NCBI GenBank assembly: GCA_050633305.1
Contig: JBOEGF010000013.1
Coordinates: forward strand, 128,001-192,000
Reading direction: 5' to 3'
Source of the DNA: Nannocystales bacterium
Lineage (GTDB): Bacteria > Myxococcota_A > Polyangia > Nannocystales > Nannocystaceae
DNA length: 64,000 nt
Made by a program: the position numbers and the translations under genes. Every line of letters begins with the position of its first letter. The stretch's first letter is position 1. Below, piece by piece: positions 1-9,849 of this stretch. Under the pieces are notes generated by a model. The model was not told where the DNA came from and searched no databases. It saw nothing but the letters and a program-made list of their open reading frames with translations.

Positions 1-1307
1 CCAAGACCCCCGCCATCGTGATGGCGGTCGCGGCCGCGAGCAACGCGGTGCTCGACCCGATGTTCATCTTCGGGTTCGGACCGATCGAGCCCATGGGTAT
101 CGAAGGCGCCGCAATCGCAACGGTGCTCTCGCGCGCGTTCACCCTGCTGGTCACGATCGCGGTCCTGATCCGCCGCGACGTTCTGGACATCCACCTCCCC
201 AGCACTGCCGAGCTGTGGGCCTCGTGGCGACAGATCCTGTCCGTTGGGATCCCGGCGTCGATCTCCAATGCCATCGTCCCCGTCGCCACCGCGGTGATGA
301 CCGCCTTGGTCGCGAGCTACGGCGCAGCGTCCGTGGCCGGCTTCGGAATCGCGTCCCGCCTGGAGAGCTTCGTTCTGATCCCCGGCATGGCGCTGACCGC
401 CGCGCTCACGCCCTTCATCGGCCAAAACTGGGGCGGCCACCACCCGGAGCGCGTCGCCGAATCGATGCGCGTCTCAACCCGGTTCGTCCTGGTGTGGGGG
501 CTTGGAGCCTGGCTGGTGCTGTGGCTGGTCGGGGACGCGGTCGCGGGCGTGTTCACGCAGGACCCTACGGTCGTCGATGTGGCCCACACGTACATGTGGA
601 TCGTCCCGGCGAGCTACGGGACGGCAGGGCTGGTCAGCGTCGTGAGTGCGTCGTTCAACGCGGTGGACCGTGCTGTCCGCTCCACCATCTTGTCCGCGCT
701 TCGCTCGATCGTCCTCGCCGTGCCCCTCGCGTTCCTGGGCGCCGCACTCGCGGACCTCGAAGGCATCTTCGTTGGCATCGCGGTCGCGAGCCTCGTCACG
801 GGTGGTGCGGCGATGCTTTGGTCTCGCAGCATGCGCTCGGTGAAGGAGTCGGTCGAAGACCCTGTGGACGGTCTGAGACTCCTCGGCGAACGCGGGGGAC
901 CGATCGCCGCGCTCGTCTCGGCTGCTCGCGAGATCGAAGGCCTCCGGGTTGCGCCACGTCCGATCAACACCGTGGGCTTCTATGCGGGTGATCACGAGCT
1001 GGGCCACGTGCATGCCTCGGGACACATCGACCTTCACGTCCCTCTCGAGATTCACGACGCCCTGCTCGACCTGGGCAAATGCGCCCACCACCGTCACCTG
1101 CACGACGCGTCATGGATCACTCACCGGGTCGACACGTCCGAGGATGTGCCCGAGGCGCTGTGGCTTCTGCGGCTGACGGCGTCGTTGTCCACGTCGGTCA
1201 AGGAGGGGTGTTGCCCCGACACGGCGACGCTCGAACGCCTCGACTTGCCCCCGACGCTGGTGGACGCGGCGCAGAGTGCCGTCGACCGCTCGATTGCGGC
1301 CCAGTAG
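1..1307 (+). CDS. MATE family efflux transporter (5'-truncated by window edge) with C-terminal luciferase-like/DUF5519-type domain
   Basis: MATE motifs (NAVLDPMFIFG, MGIEGAAIATV, GQNWGG) and many TM segments. Frame is open upstream of 18. C-terminal soluble domain contains ELGHVH..GHIDLH...HHRH..SWIT. Confidence 0.85.
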   Translation, partial: KTPAIVMAVAAASNAVLDPMFIFGFGPIEPMGIEGAAIATVLSRAFTLLVTIAVLIRRDVLDIHLPSTAELWASWRQILSVGIPASISNAIVPVATAVMTALVASYGAASVAGFGIASRLESFVLIPGMALTAALTPFIGQNWGGHHPERVAESMRVSTRFVLVWGLGAWLVLWLVGDAVAGVFTQDPTVVDVAHTYMWIVPASYGTAGLVSVVSASFNAVDRAVRSTILSALRSIVLAVPLAFLGAALADLEGIFVGIAVASLVTGGAAMLWSRSMRSVKESVEDPVDGLRLLGERGGPIAALVSAAREIEGLRVAPRPINTVGFYAGDHELGHVHASGHIDLHVPLEIHDALLDLGKCAHHRHLHDASWITHRVDTSEDVPEALWLLRLTASLSTSVKEGCCPDTATLERLDLPPTLVDAAQSAVDRSIAAQ

Positions 1308-1362
1308 CGCGCCGCAGCGTGCCCGCCGAAACGCCCGCCCGCGGTACCATGGCCGGGCCGCC

Positions 1363-3045
1363 ATGCCTCTGTCTCGCCGCACGCTCCTTCGCTATGCCAG
1401 TGCCCTCTCGGCGACCTCCGCCCTCGGGTGCGGTGACGATGCTCCCCCCCTGGATGGATCCGGGACCGAGAGTTCGACATCGTCTGGCCCTGGCTCCGAA
1501 GCATCGACGGGCGCTCCCCTGACCAGCACCGCGGTCGACAGCTCGAGCTCGAGCGGCGTCGTGGACGATGGGCTGCCTCACTACGAATGGGAGGGCGAGG
1601 TGGGACCCGAGTCCCTGTTCTCACACGGCGTGGCTTCGGGCGACCCGCTCACCGATGCGGTGATTCTCTGGACACGAATCACCATCGAATCCACCGACGA
1701 AGTTGAAGCGTTCTTCGAAGTCGCGTTGGACCCGCAGTTCGAGATGCGTGTCGCCGCGGACTACCTCGAAACCGACCCCGGCCGAGACCAGACCATCAAG
1801 CTCGATGTCCAGAACCTGAGCGCGGGGACCACGTACTACTACCGCTTCTACGCCCACGGCCGAGTCTCCGCCATCGGCCGGACCCGTACCGCACCTACGG
1901 ATGCCACTCGACTCCGTGTGGCCACGTGCTCATGCTCGAACTACTCGCGGGGCTACTTTCACATCTACCGTCGGATCGCGGAGCGGGCCGACCTCGACCT
2001 CGTTCTGCACCTGGGCGACTACATCTACGAAGCCGGCGTGAACCCCAATCACATCCGGCCCGTCGAGCCCGAACATGAGCTGATCGAGTTGGACGACTAC
2101 CGAATGCGCTACGCGACGTACCGCACCGACCCCGACCTTCAGGAGCTGCACCGCCAGCACCCGGTGGTCGTGACTTGGGACGATCACGAGTCCGCGAACG
2201 ATGCATACAAGGACAACGCCCAAAACCACACGCCCAGCACGGAAGGGTCGTGGGAGGACCGCAAGGCCGCGGCCGCGCAGGCCCACGCGGAGTGGATGCC
2301 GATGCGAGAAGGCATGCCGGGCATCATCTACCGAGCGCTTCCGTACTCGGATCTGATGCACCTGATCATGCTCGACACGCGCATCGTCGGGCGCGACCTC
2401 CAGCCCGACGATCTCACCGACCCCGAGCTGCTCGACGACCCCGACCGACAGCTCCTGGGGATGGCACAAGAGTCATGGGTGATGGAACAGTTCGCCAGCA
2501 CCGAAGCGCAATGGGTGCTCATCGGGCAACAGGTGATCATGGCGGAGGTTCGTTTGGGCGACAACCCGATCAACGCGGACCAATGGGACGGCTACCGCGC
2601 CGCACGAGCCCGGTTCTACGAGATGGCCGACGCGGTCTCGAACCTCGTCGTACTGACCGGCGACATTCATTCGTCGTGGGCGTTCGACCTCGCCGTGGAC
2701 CCACGCGGGGAGTACGATCCGAAGACCGGCGAGGGCTCGGTCGGCGTCGAGTTCGTGACCCCGGGCGTGACCTCTGCCGGCTTCCCCACCAACGCTGCAA
2801 ATGCGGCGCTCGTCTCCAACCCGCACTTGCACTGGGCCGAGCTCACGCAGCGCGGGTACGTGGTGCTCGATATCGACTCGGAGCGCGTGCAAGCGTCGTG
2901 GTGGTTCATCGACGATGTCGAGAGCCCCGACGGGGACACGCAACGTTTCGAGGCGGCATGGGCCGTCTACGACGGAACACGGCACCTGGTGCAGGAGGAT
3001 GAGCCAGCCGACGCGCGAGAAGACGCGCCCGTTCCCGCGCCCTAG
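1363..3045 (+). CDS. phoD: Alkaline phosphatase D family protein with Tat/lipoprotein signal
   Basis: SRRTLL Tat motif then LGC lipobox. FSHGVASGDP, HLGDYIYE, WDDHE, LDTR, DQWDGY and LTGDIHSSW motifs. ATG at 1363 chosen as start. Confidence 0.93.
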   Translation: MPLSRRTLLRYASALSATSALGCGDDAPPLDGSGTESSTSSGPGSEASTGAPLTSTAVDSSSSSGVVDDGLPHYEWEGEVGPESLFSHGVASGDPLTDAVILWTRITIESTDEVEAFFEVALDPQFEMRVAADYLETDPGRDQTIKLDVQNLSAGTTYYYRFYAHGRVSAIGRTRTAPTDATRLRVATCSCSNYSRGYFHIYRRIAERADLDLVLHLGDYIYEAGVNPNHIRPVEPEHELIELDDYRMRYATYRTDPDLQELHRQHPVVVTWDDHESANDAYKDNAQNHTPSTEGSWEDRKAAAAQAHAEWMPMREGMPGIIYRALPYSDLMHLIMLDTRIVGRDLQPDDLTDPELLDDPDRQLLGMAQESWVMEQFASTEAQWVLIGQQVIMAEVRLGDNPINADQWDGYRAARARFYEMADAVSNLVVLTGDIHSSWAFDLAVDPRGEYDPKTGEGSVGVEFVTPGVTSAGFPTNAANAALVSNPHLHWAELTQRGYVVLDIDSERVQASWWFIDDVESPDGDTQRFEAAWAVYDGTRHLVQEDEPADAREDAPVPAP

Positions 3046-3070
3046 CGGTCGGGCACCTGCGATTCTTCGG

Positions 3071-3086
3071 CTCGCAAATTTGCGAG
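3071..3086. promoter_or_regulatory. Perfect 16-bp palindrome, candidate transcription-factor site
   Basis: CTCGCAAATTTGCGAG in the intergenic gap, centred 41.5 bp upstream of the ATG at 3120. Confidence 0.4.
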
Positions 3087-3119
3087 GAGCAGTCTCAGCT
3101 CTTGGCGCTACGGTACGCC

Positions 3120-4226
3120 ATGCGTAGAGCGTCCGACGTCGGAGTCCGAGCCTGGCCACTGCTTGCTGCTTGCGTGCTTGCGTGCGGGTCCGATCCTGCG
3201 GAGCCGGCGGCGGCGGACGCTGGAACCGGGAGTTCCTCAACCGGGACCGAGACCACAACGGAGGTCGAAAGCACGGGCTCCCAACCGACCACGGGCTCCA
3301 GCGGGGACTCCTCCAGCTCGGAAGGCGAGAGCAGCACCGGCGCAGGACCTGTCTACGCCGACGTATACCCCCTGGACGCGTCGCATCCGGAGGGCGGAAC
3401 GTTCGACCTCACCGATGAAGTCTTCTACGTCGGAACACTCGAAGGAGGATCCGTTCACCGAATCGACCCGCTCAGCGGCGATAACGAGACCTTCTACGCC
3501 CCCACAGATCCGGGGACCTGGATCACGCTGGGGATGGCCATCGACGAGACTCGCCGACGCCTCTGGGTTTGCGCGGCCGACACAGACACGGATCGCTTCA
3601 CAGGCGAACTGTGGATGTTCGACCTGTCGCGCGGAACTCGGGAGCAAGCGATCCCACTGCACGCCGGGGAGGACGTTGCGTGGTGCGAAGACGTCGCGGT
3701 CGCATCCGATGGCACCGCATACGCGACCGATCGAGAGAACCCGAACATCTACCGGGTTGACGCCGGGTTCGAGGCCGAGTTGCTGGTCACCGACAAGGCC
3801 CTGGGGTCACCGCTGCTTGGACAGAACGGGGTCATCGTGCTTCCCGGGGACGAGGCCCTCATCGCAGCCATCCACGCGCCACCCCAGCTCAACCACGTCG
3901 ACATCGCGACAGGCACGGTCACACCCGTCGTCATCTCGGGAGAGTTCACGGACACGGGCCTCGGCACGGGCGCGGATGGCATGGTCTACATCGACGGTAT
4001 GTTGTTCGTCGTCTTCGACGGCAAGCTCGCCCGCGTCACCCCGACCAGCGAAGACTGGTCCTCCGCCGACTCGACGATGGTCGAATGGCCCCGCGGACTC
4101 ACCGACGTCCTGTCGACCCCACAAGGGCTCTATCTGCTCAATGGGCAAGCGATCCAGTTCGCGCTCGGTCAAGACCCGCTCGGGCCGTTTGAGCTCTCGA
4201 AGTTCACAGGCGAGTTCACGCCGTAG
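3120..4226 (+). CDS. SMP-30/gluconolactonase-like beta-propeller lipoprotein
   Basis: VLAC lipobox, S/T/G-rich linker, PEG..FD..FYVG, LGMAID...RLWVC, DVAV..DG.AY.TD and GADGM blade motifs. Confidence 0.7.
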   Translation: MRRASDVGVRAWPLLAACVLACGSDPAEPAAADAGTGSSSTGTETTTEVESTGSQPTTGSSGDSSSSEGESSTGAGPVYADVYPLDASHPEGGTFDLTDEVFYVGTLEGGSVHRIDPLSGDNETFYAPTDPGTWITLGMAIDETRRRLWVCAADTDTDRFTGELWMFDLSRGTREQAIPLHAGEDVAWCEDVAVASDGTAYATDRENPNIYRVDAGFEAELLVTDKALGSPLLGQNGVIVLPGDEALIAAIHAPPQLNHVDIATGTVTPVVISGEFTDTGLGTGADGMVYIDGMLFVVFDGKLARVTPTSEDWSSADSTMVEWPRGLTDVLSTPQGLYLLNGQAIQFALGQDPLGPFELSKFTGEFTP

Positions 4227-4228
4227 GC

Positions 4229-7200
4229 TTACTCGCAGGGGCTCTCGCTGGTGCCCTCATCGAGGTCCTGTGCCAGCTTGAAGTCCCCGGCGCACGCGTT
4301 TTTGTTGCCCAGCGCGTCGTGGGCCCTTGCCCGAAGCACGAACAACGACGCCCGGAGAAGAGGTGCCTTCGCGATCTCCAATGCGCGGTCCATGGAGACG
4401 AGAGCATCGTCCGGACGCCGTTGATCCAACGCGATCTTGGCGTGCGCGGACAGCATGTTCGCGACCAGGGGGTGCTTCGCACCAAAGAGAACCTCGGCCG
4501 ACTCCACCGCCTGGTCGGCGATGCGGGCGGCTTCATCGAGGTTGCCGTCATGATGCTCGATGAGCGCGAGGTTGTAGCTGATGTACGGGCCGAGCCGCTC
4601 GGCACCGGGTCCGGCCGACTCAGCGATCAGCCGGGCCGCGGCGAGATGCTCTCGGGCTTCGTCGTGCCTCCCCAACTTCACCAAGTTGGACGCGAGCGAA
4701 GTTCGGCAGTTGGCCACATTGATGTGCTCAGACCCAAAGGCGGCTTCGAGATGCGGAAGCGCTCGTTCTTGCGAAGCCACCGACTCCGCGTAGTTTCCCA
4801 GACCCATCTCCGAGACCGCGAGGTTGTTGTAGGCAAGGCCGAGCGTGGTGTGGTCCTCGGACGGCGCAGCCTCACGGATCGCCACGATGCGTCGGTGGTC
4901 GTCTCGCGCCTTCCCAGGCTTGCCAACGGCCACCCATGCCGCGGCACGCGTCGTCAACACCCCGACGATTCGAGGGTCGTCCGGTTCGAGGAACGAGTTT
5001 GCGACCTCGGCCGCCTCCTCGATGATGGCCAGGGCTTCCTCGCCCCGACCCAGAGATTCCAGCGCGCGCGCGACGGGCTGCGCCGCCCAGATCATCCGCG
5101 GGTGCTTGGATCCGAGGCGCTCCCGAACAAGCTCGAGCAACGCCTCCCCTTCCGACACCACGTCCGGGAGGCGGTCTGCGTTCGACAACCGGCCTCGCAT
5201 GGAAACCCGGCCGATGCTGCTGCTGATGAGCTGAGTCGTACTCAATCTCGGGATCGCGAGCGCAGCATCGAAGGCCTGAAGCGACGCGTCGTAGTCGCCT
5301 CCGTAGGCGTCGAAGTTTCCACGCGCGTTCCAGTAGTCCCATCCCGCGGGATGTTGGGGATCGAGGCGCTCGAGGGCGGCCGCGGCGACATCTGCCCAGA
5401 ACGCGCCGTCCTCTCGGCTCCCCCCCTCGCTGTTTCCTACGACGTCGAGCATGGTCGAACCGATGCGGACCTGCCATCCAGGGTCGCCGAGTCGAACAGA
5501 ATCGGACCAGGCGATGCGCAGCGTTGCCTCAGCGGCTTCGGAATCTCCCTGCAACAGCTGCGCCCCGGCGAGGACCGAGCGAACCTCCAAGGCGAGAGGC
5601 TCGAAGCCAAGCGCGTCCGCGGCCTCGAGCACCTCGGCGGCGCGCTCAGCTGCCACGTCGTATTGCCCGGTTGTGAGGTACGCCTCGGCAAGCGCCAGAG
5701 CCTCTCGCTGCGCCGCAACGTCATCGGCAAGGACCTCCGGAGGATCGGCACGAACGTCCATCCACCCTGGGTCGCGGCACCCCTGTGGTTGCGGAAGGTT
5801 GGCGACGGCCTCCTCAGCGTACTCGAGCACTCCGGACTCTGGCTCCGAGAGCGCAACGAGCAGAGCATCGGCCTCGGAGCGACCCAGTTCGAGACAACGC
5901 AACGTGGCATAACGAGCTTCGAGTGCGCGCACACCGGGCTCGCATGTCTCCGCGTGAACTTCGGTCCAAGACGCCGCGTAGGTATCGAGCATCGACACGA
6001 CATTGCGCGCCACTCTCGGCGCGGCGGCGCGGTCCAGCCCCGCGAGCGAAGCCTCCAGCTCGTGGGCGCGGCTGGTCGTCCACAACTCTTCCAACGTGTC
6101 ACCGGTCCCGGAGCACATCGTTGGCGGCTCTGCTTCGACCGCCACCTGCGAGCTCGCCCAAGCGACGCCCGCGCTCCCGAGGACCGCGACCGCGAGAACC
6201 GACGCACGCATCATGGCCCCACGAGGTTTCCCGCGCCTCGCCTCCGCCACCACCCGCAACAGGGCTGCCATGTCGGGGAACCGGGCGCGTGGGTCCACGC
6301 AAAGACCGCGAGTCAACGCAGCCTGAAGAGGCCGTGGCAACGATTCCAGCGCCGAGGGACGGAGCTTTCCCGCGCACACCGAGGTTTGCAGCTCCAACAG
6401 CGAGCGTCCGGCGAATGGGCGCTCACCGGTCAGAGCTTCCGCCAGAGCGACGCAGTAGCTAAACTGATCCGACTGGGCGTCGGCGACACGTCCCTCGAAC
6501 TGTTCGGGCGACATGTACGCGGGCGTGCCGACCAGCGCTCCGGTCCGGGTGATCGCCACATCGCCGCTCCCCGACAGCGTCACGAACTCTTGGTTGGTGA
6601 TCGTCTCGGCGCTCTCGCCTGCGCGGGCGAGGCCGAAGTCTGTCACCCGTGCGCGCTCGTCCTCTCCCATCAGAACGTTCGCCGGTTTGAAGTCGCGGTG
6701 CACCAGGCCAGCCGCATGCGCGGCAACAAGGCCCTTCCCCGCTTCCAGGAAGACATCGAGGATCGCCTCCCGGCTCCGCTCCACCGCGCCAAGCCACTCG
6801 CCGAGCGTTCCGCCCACGACCAGCTCCATCGCCATGAACACGTTGCCTTCAAACTCTCCGACGTCGTGCACGACCACCACGTTGGGGTGTGCCAGGCGGG
6901 CCGTCGCGCGAGCCTCTCGGACCATGCGTGCGTTCCGTTGCTCGTCGCCCGTCCGTTCGCGGAGGAGCTTCAACGCGACGCGGCGATCCAGCTCGGGGTC
7001 GTAGGCGGCGAACACCACCCCCATCGCCCCGGTACCCAGCAGGTCGAGCATCACGTAGCGACCGACCTTCGAACCCCGCAGCAACTCGGGCGGGAGCAGT
7101 CCCAGGCCAGGCTCGGACGTTTCGGTCTCGTCCTGCGAGACCTGCTCCGGTTCGGGCATCGAGGACGCTCGAAGCTCGAAGACCCGCGCGAGCTCGATCA

Positions 7201-7318
7201 ACACCGCACGGCACGCGCTGCAGGTGTCGATGTGCGCCTCGGCCCGGGCCGCCTCCTCCGGCTCGAGGTTCCGCATCACGAAATCAACGATCTCGTTCTC
7301 TGAGAGGCATTCCGACAT
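4229..7318 (-). CDS. Ser/Thr protein kinase with N-terminal zf-HC2 zinc finger, TM segment and C-terminal TPRs
   Basis: HIDTCSAC zinc finger. LGTGAMG, VALK, HRDFKPAN, DFGLA and GTPAYMSPE kinase motifs. Kinesin-light-chain-like TPRs. Confidence 0.93.
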   Translation of the reverse strand: MSECLSENEIVDFVMRNLEPEEAARAEAHIDTCSACRAVLIELARVFELRASSMPEPEQVSQDETETSEPGLGLLPPELLRGSKVGRYVMLDLLGTGAMGVVFAAYDPELDRRVALKLLRERTGDEQRNARMVREARATARLAHPNVVVVHDVGEFEGNVFMAMELVVGGTLGEWLGAVERSREAILDVFLEAGKGLVAAHAAGLVHRDFKPANVLMGEDERARVTDFGLARAGESAETITNQEFVTLSGSGDVAITRTGALVGTPAYMSPEQFEGRVADAQSDQFSYCVALAEALTGERPFAGRSLLELQTSVCAGKLRPSALESLPRPLQAALTRGLCVDPRARFPDMAALLRVVAEARRGKPRGAMMRASVLAVAVLGSAGVAWASSQVAVEAEPPTMCSGTGDTLEELWTTSRAHELEASLAGLDRAAAPRVARNVVSMLDTYAASWTEVHAETCEPGVRALEARYATLRCLELGRSEADALLVALSEPESGVLEYAEEAVANLPQPQGCRDPGWMDVRADPPEVLADDVAAQREALALAEAYLTTGQYDVAAERAAEVLEAADALGFEPLALEVRSVLAGAQLLQGDSEAAEATLRIAWSDSVRLGDPGWQVRIGSTMLDVVGNSEGGSREDGAFWADVAAAALERLDPQHPAGWDYWNARGNFDAYGGDYDASLQAFDAALAIPRLSTTQLISSSIGRVSMRGRLSNADRLPDVVSEGEALLELVRERLGSKHPRMIWAAQPVARALESLGRGEEALAIIEEAAEVANSFLEPDDPRIVGVLTTRAAAWVAVGKPGKARDDHRRIVAIREAAPSEDHTTLGLAYNNLAVSEMGLGNYAESVASQERALPHLEAAFGSEHINVANCRTSLASNLVKLGRHDEAREHLAAARLIAESAGPGAERLGPYISYNLALIEHHDGNLDEAARIADQAVESAEVLFGAKHPLVANMLSAHAKIALDQRRPDDALVSMDRALEIAKAPLLRASLFVLRARAHDALGNKNACAGDFKLAQDLDEGTSESPCE

Positions 7319-7454
7319 CGTGGACGAACCGACCCCCCGGCCTTACCACGCCGGCGGAGCCGGACGGACGCGGGTGAGGGCGCAAAACTTCATTCTGCGC
7401 GCGCGTCGCCGCCCGCGGTACGAGTCCGCGACGAGACGCTGACACGGGATGGCC

Positions 7455-8858
7455 TCAGATACGGCGAAGGATCGCCCCTTCGCGAACACCCGCTCGTGCA
7501 AATCGACCGCCCAAGGAGTGAGTGCTCTCGCTCTCACCGACGGCGAGGAATCCGCCGGGCAACAGCGCTTCGTGCATCTTGGCGAGCGCCCGCGGGTGAA
7601 CCTCGGGGCGAAGGTAGATCATCACGTTTCGAAAGAGCACGAGGTCGCGACCTTCCGGCGGGGGGTCGGCGAGCACGTCGTGCACGGAGAACCGGACGCA
7701 GCCCCGAAGGATCTTGCCCACCGTCCAACGCCCGTCTTCGATCGTGCCGTAGCGCGTCCGAAACTCGGAGGGAATGTTCGCCACCCGGGGCAGCGAGTAC
7801 GATCCCGCCGCGGCGTGTGCGATGGCGTCCGCCCGTACATCGGTCGCCAGCACGCTGAGCCTCGTCGAGGAACCAGCGGCCTCGAACTCACTGTGCAGGA
7901 ACGCGGCCACCGAGTACGCCTCCTCGCCGGTCGAACAGCCCGCGCACCAGACAGTGAGCGATGGTTGGCGACACAGCGCGGGGACAACCCACCGACGCAG
8001 GTCGTCGAAGAGGCCGCCGTTGCGAAAGAAGTCTGTGGTCCCGATGAGCAGACGCGACGCGAGTGCTTTGAGTTCGTCCGTGTCCGACAAGGCCCGGTCG
8101 ACGTATGCCTCGAGCCCATCGAGCCCCAACACCCGAGCTCGCTGCGTAACCCGACGGTAGAACGTCGCGGTTCGGTACGCGTATAGGTCGACCCCCATCG
8201 TGCCTCGGAGCCGCTCGAGCAGGACCCAAAACGCGGGAGCCAAGGGGTCCTCGAGCCGTTCGGGATCCCCCGTGTCGCGGACGTCGGCCGAAAGCCCATC
8301 TCGAATCCATCCACCGATCTCTGCGCACGAGCCAACGCCGCTGGCTCCGACTTCCCCAAGGACGCCCCGCAGCATGTCGTCGATGGACGCCGTGCTGGGG
8401 CTCTGGCAGTAGAGCTCACCACCTGCGTCCAAGATCGCTTGTGCGCCCGACTGCACCGGAGCACCACCGCCCGCGAGGACAACTGCGGTGGCCTTCGGAC
8501 CCCAGGTCTGCGCGGCACTGTGCAGCACCGCGTCAAGACCCGAGGCTCCGACCGCACGCGGCGTGGCACCCACACTTGTCTCCGAGATCACGAGTTGCAT
8601 CGCGGGCGCGGCGAGGTAGACCGCGCCGGCTTCGAGTCGTTCCACCGACTCCACCTCGACCAGCCGACGGGTCGTTCGGAGTTCCAGCGTCTCGCGGAGC
8701 ATCGACGGGCCCTCGCTCGCTTTGATCGCGACGACGAATGCGTGGGGGGATCGCTGACCCACGGACTCCAACACCTGGACGACCGCGTCGTATCCGCCCG
8801 CAGACGCCACGAGCACGAACACGCGCTCGGCCGCAGCCGGGGGGACCGAAACATCCAC
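7455..8858 (-). CDS. CheB-like (degenerate) - CheR methyltransferase fusion
   Basis: N-terminal half has a CheB methylesterase fold (VASAGG, VYLAAP). C-terminal half is CheR (IGTTDFFR, VWCAGCSTGEEAYS, ATDV, FRNVMIY, GGFLAVGESE). Confidence 0.85.
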   Translation of the reverse strand: MDVSVPPAAAERVFVLVASAGGYDAVVQVLESVGQRSPHAFVVAIKASEGPSMLRETLELRTTRRLVEVESVERLEAGAVYLAAPAMQLVISETSVGATPRAVGASGLDAVLHSAAQTWGPKATAVVLAGGGAPVQSGAQAILDAGGELYCQSPSTASIDDMLRGVLGEVGASGVGSCAEIGGWIRDGLSADVRDTGDPERLEDPLAPAFWVLLERLRGTMGVDLYAYRTATFYRRVTQRARVLGLDGLEAYVDRALSDTDELKALASRLLIGTTDFFRNGGLFDDLRRWVVPALCRQPSLTVWCAGCSTGEEAYSVAAFLHSEFEAAGSSTRLSVLATDVRADAIAHAAAGSYSLPRVANIPSEFRTRYGTIEDGRWTVGKILRGCVRFSVHDVLADPPPEGRDLVLFRNVMIYLRPEVHPRALAKMHEALLPGGFLAVGESESTHSLGGRFARAGVREGAILRRI

Positions 8859-8906
8859 CCCAAAAGCCTATGCTTCTCTGCCCTCAACCTCCACCGCGAG
8901 TCGACG

Positions 8907-9779
8907 ATGAACAGGTTAATGGACCGCCGGCTCAGAACCGTGTTCACGCTGCTCGCAACGTGTTTCATGGGCTGTTCGAGCCGTGCGACGGCCCCTGCGG
9001 GTACGGTCGTGGTCCCCACAGGCCCATCCTGGTCCGGTTCGACCCTCGAGACGCGGGCTGGTGCCGTCGAATTCCTGACCGCGGCCTATGGACCCCAGTC
9101 GATGGAGCCTCTGATGCGACTGCGTGCCGAGGCGACCCCGCACTCCGTCCAGACGGCCGCCTTTCGGATCATGGCACACCCTGTCACGCAGGGCGACTAC
9201 CAAGCCTTTGCCACCGCCACCGGGTCTGCTGAACCGTGGATCGATGCCACGCGCTGGGCTGAGCAAGAGACCGGCTTCCCCTACGCAACCGCCGAACGAT
9301 TCATGTGGGTCGAGGGTAAACCGGCTCAGGCGCGGCTTCGCCACCCCGTCGTGTTGGTCGACCGCCAGGATGCGGAGCGGTACTGCAGTTGGTGGGGAGA
9401 CCTTCACGGAGGTTTGGGTCAGCTGCCGAGCGAAGCTCAATGGAATCGTGCCGCCAGCGGAGATGAGGGGACCGCGTTCCCCTGGGGCGACCGTCATGAC
9501 CCCACCCGAGCCAACACCTGGGAGACCGGGGTTGGCGATACCACCCCGGTCGGAGCGGCACCCGAAGACGTGAGCACCTTCGGAGTCCACGACATGGCGG
9601 GAAATGTCTTCGAGTGGACCCGGACACGGACGGAACACGGCGCCTCGATCCTCAAGGGCGGAAGCTGGAGCACGAGCCTCGTTCAAGCCCGAACGGCCGT
9701 CCGGAAGCCCGCGCGTGATGACTTGCGCCACATCACGATCGGTTTTCGGTGCGTCTTTACGCCCCGAAGCGGCGATTGA
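8907..9779 (+). CDS. Formylglycine-generating enzyme (SUMF1/FGE-sulfatase) domain lipoprotein
   Basis: FMGC lipobox. PVTQGDY, HPVV.V, LPSEAQW, FPWG, DMAGNVFEW, KGGSW and IGFRC motifs. Confidence 0.88.
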   Translation: MNRLMDRRLRTVFTLLATCFMGCSSRATAPAGTVVVPTGPSWSGSTLETRAGAVEFLTAAYGPQSMEPLMRLRAEATPHSVQTAAFRIMAHPVTQGDYQAFATATGSAEPWIDATRWAEQETGFPYATAERFMWVEGKPAQARLRHPVVLVDRQDAERYCSWWGDLHGGLGQLPSEAQWNRAASGDEGTAFPWGDRHDPTRANTWETGVGDTTPVGAAPEDVSTFGVHDMAGNVFEWTRTRTEHGASILKGGSWSTSLVQARTAVRKPARDDLRHITIGFRCVFTPRSGD

Positions 9780-9849
9780 ACCTAGGAAATGCGACCTCAA
9801 CGGTCGTGGAAGAAAATCTCCGAGCTGGTAGCTTCGTCAGAGTTTGACG

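Noticed and set aside
4319..7303. 994-aa plus-strand ORF, and similar long antisense ORFs (17512-19344, 36355-38217, 9757-11199, 28602-29882, 49192-50412)
   Set aside because: Shadow frames opposite clearly recognisable genes, with no motifs. Expected in high-GC DNA.
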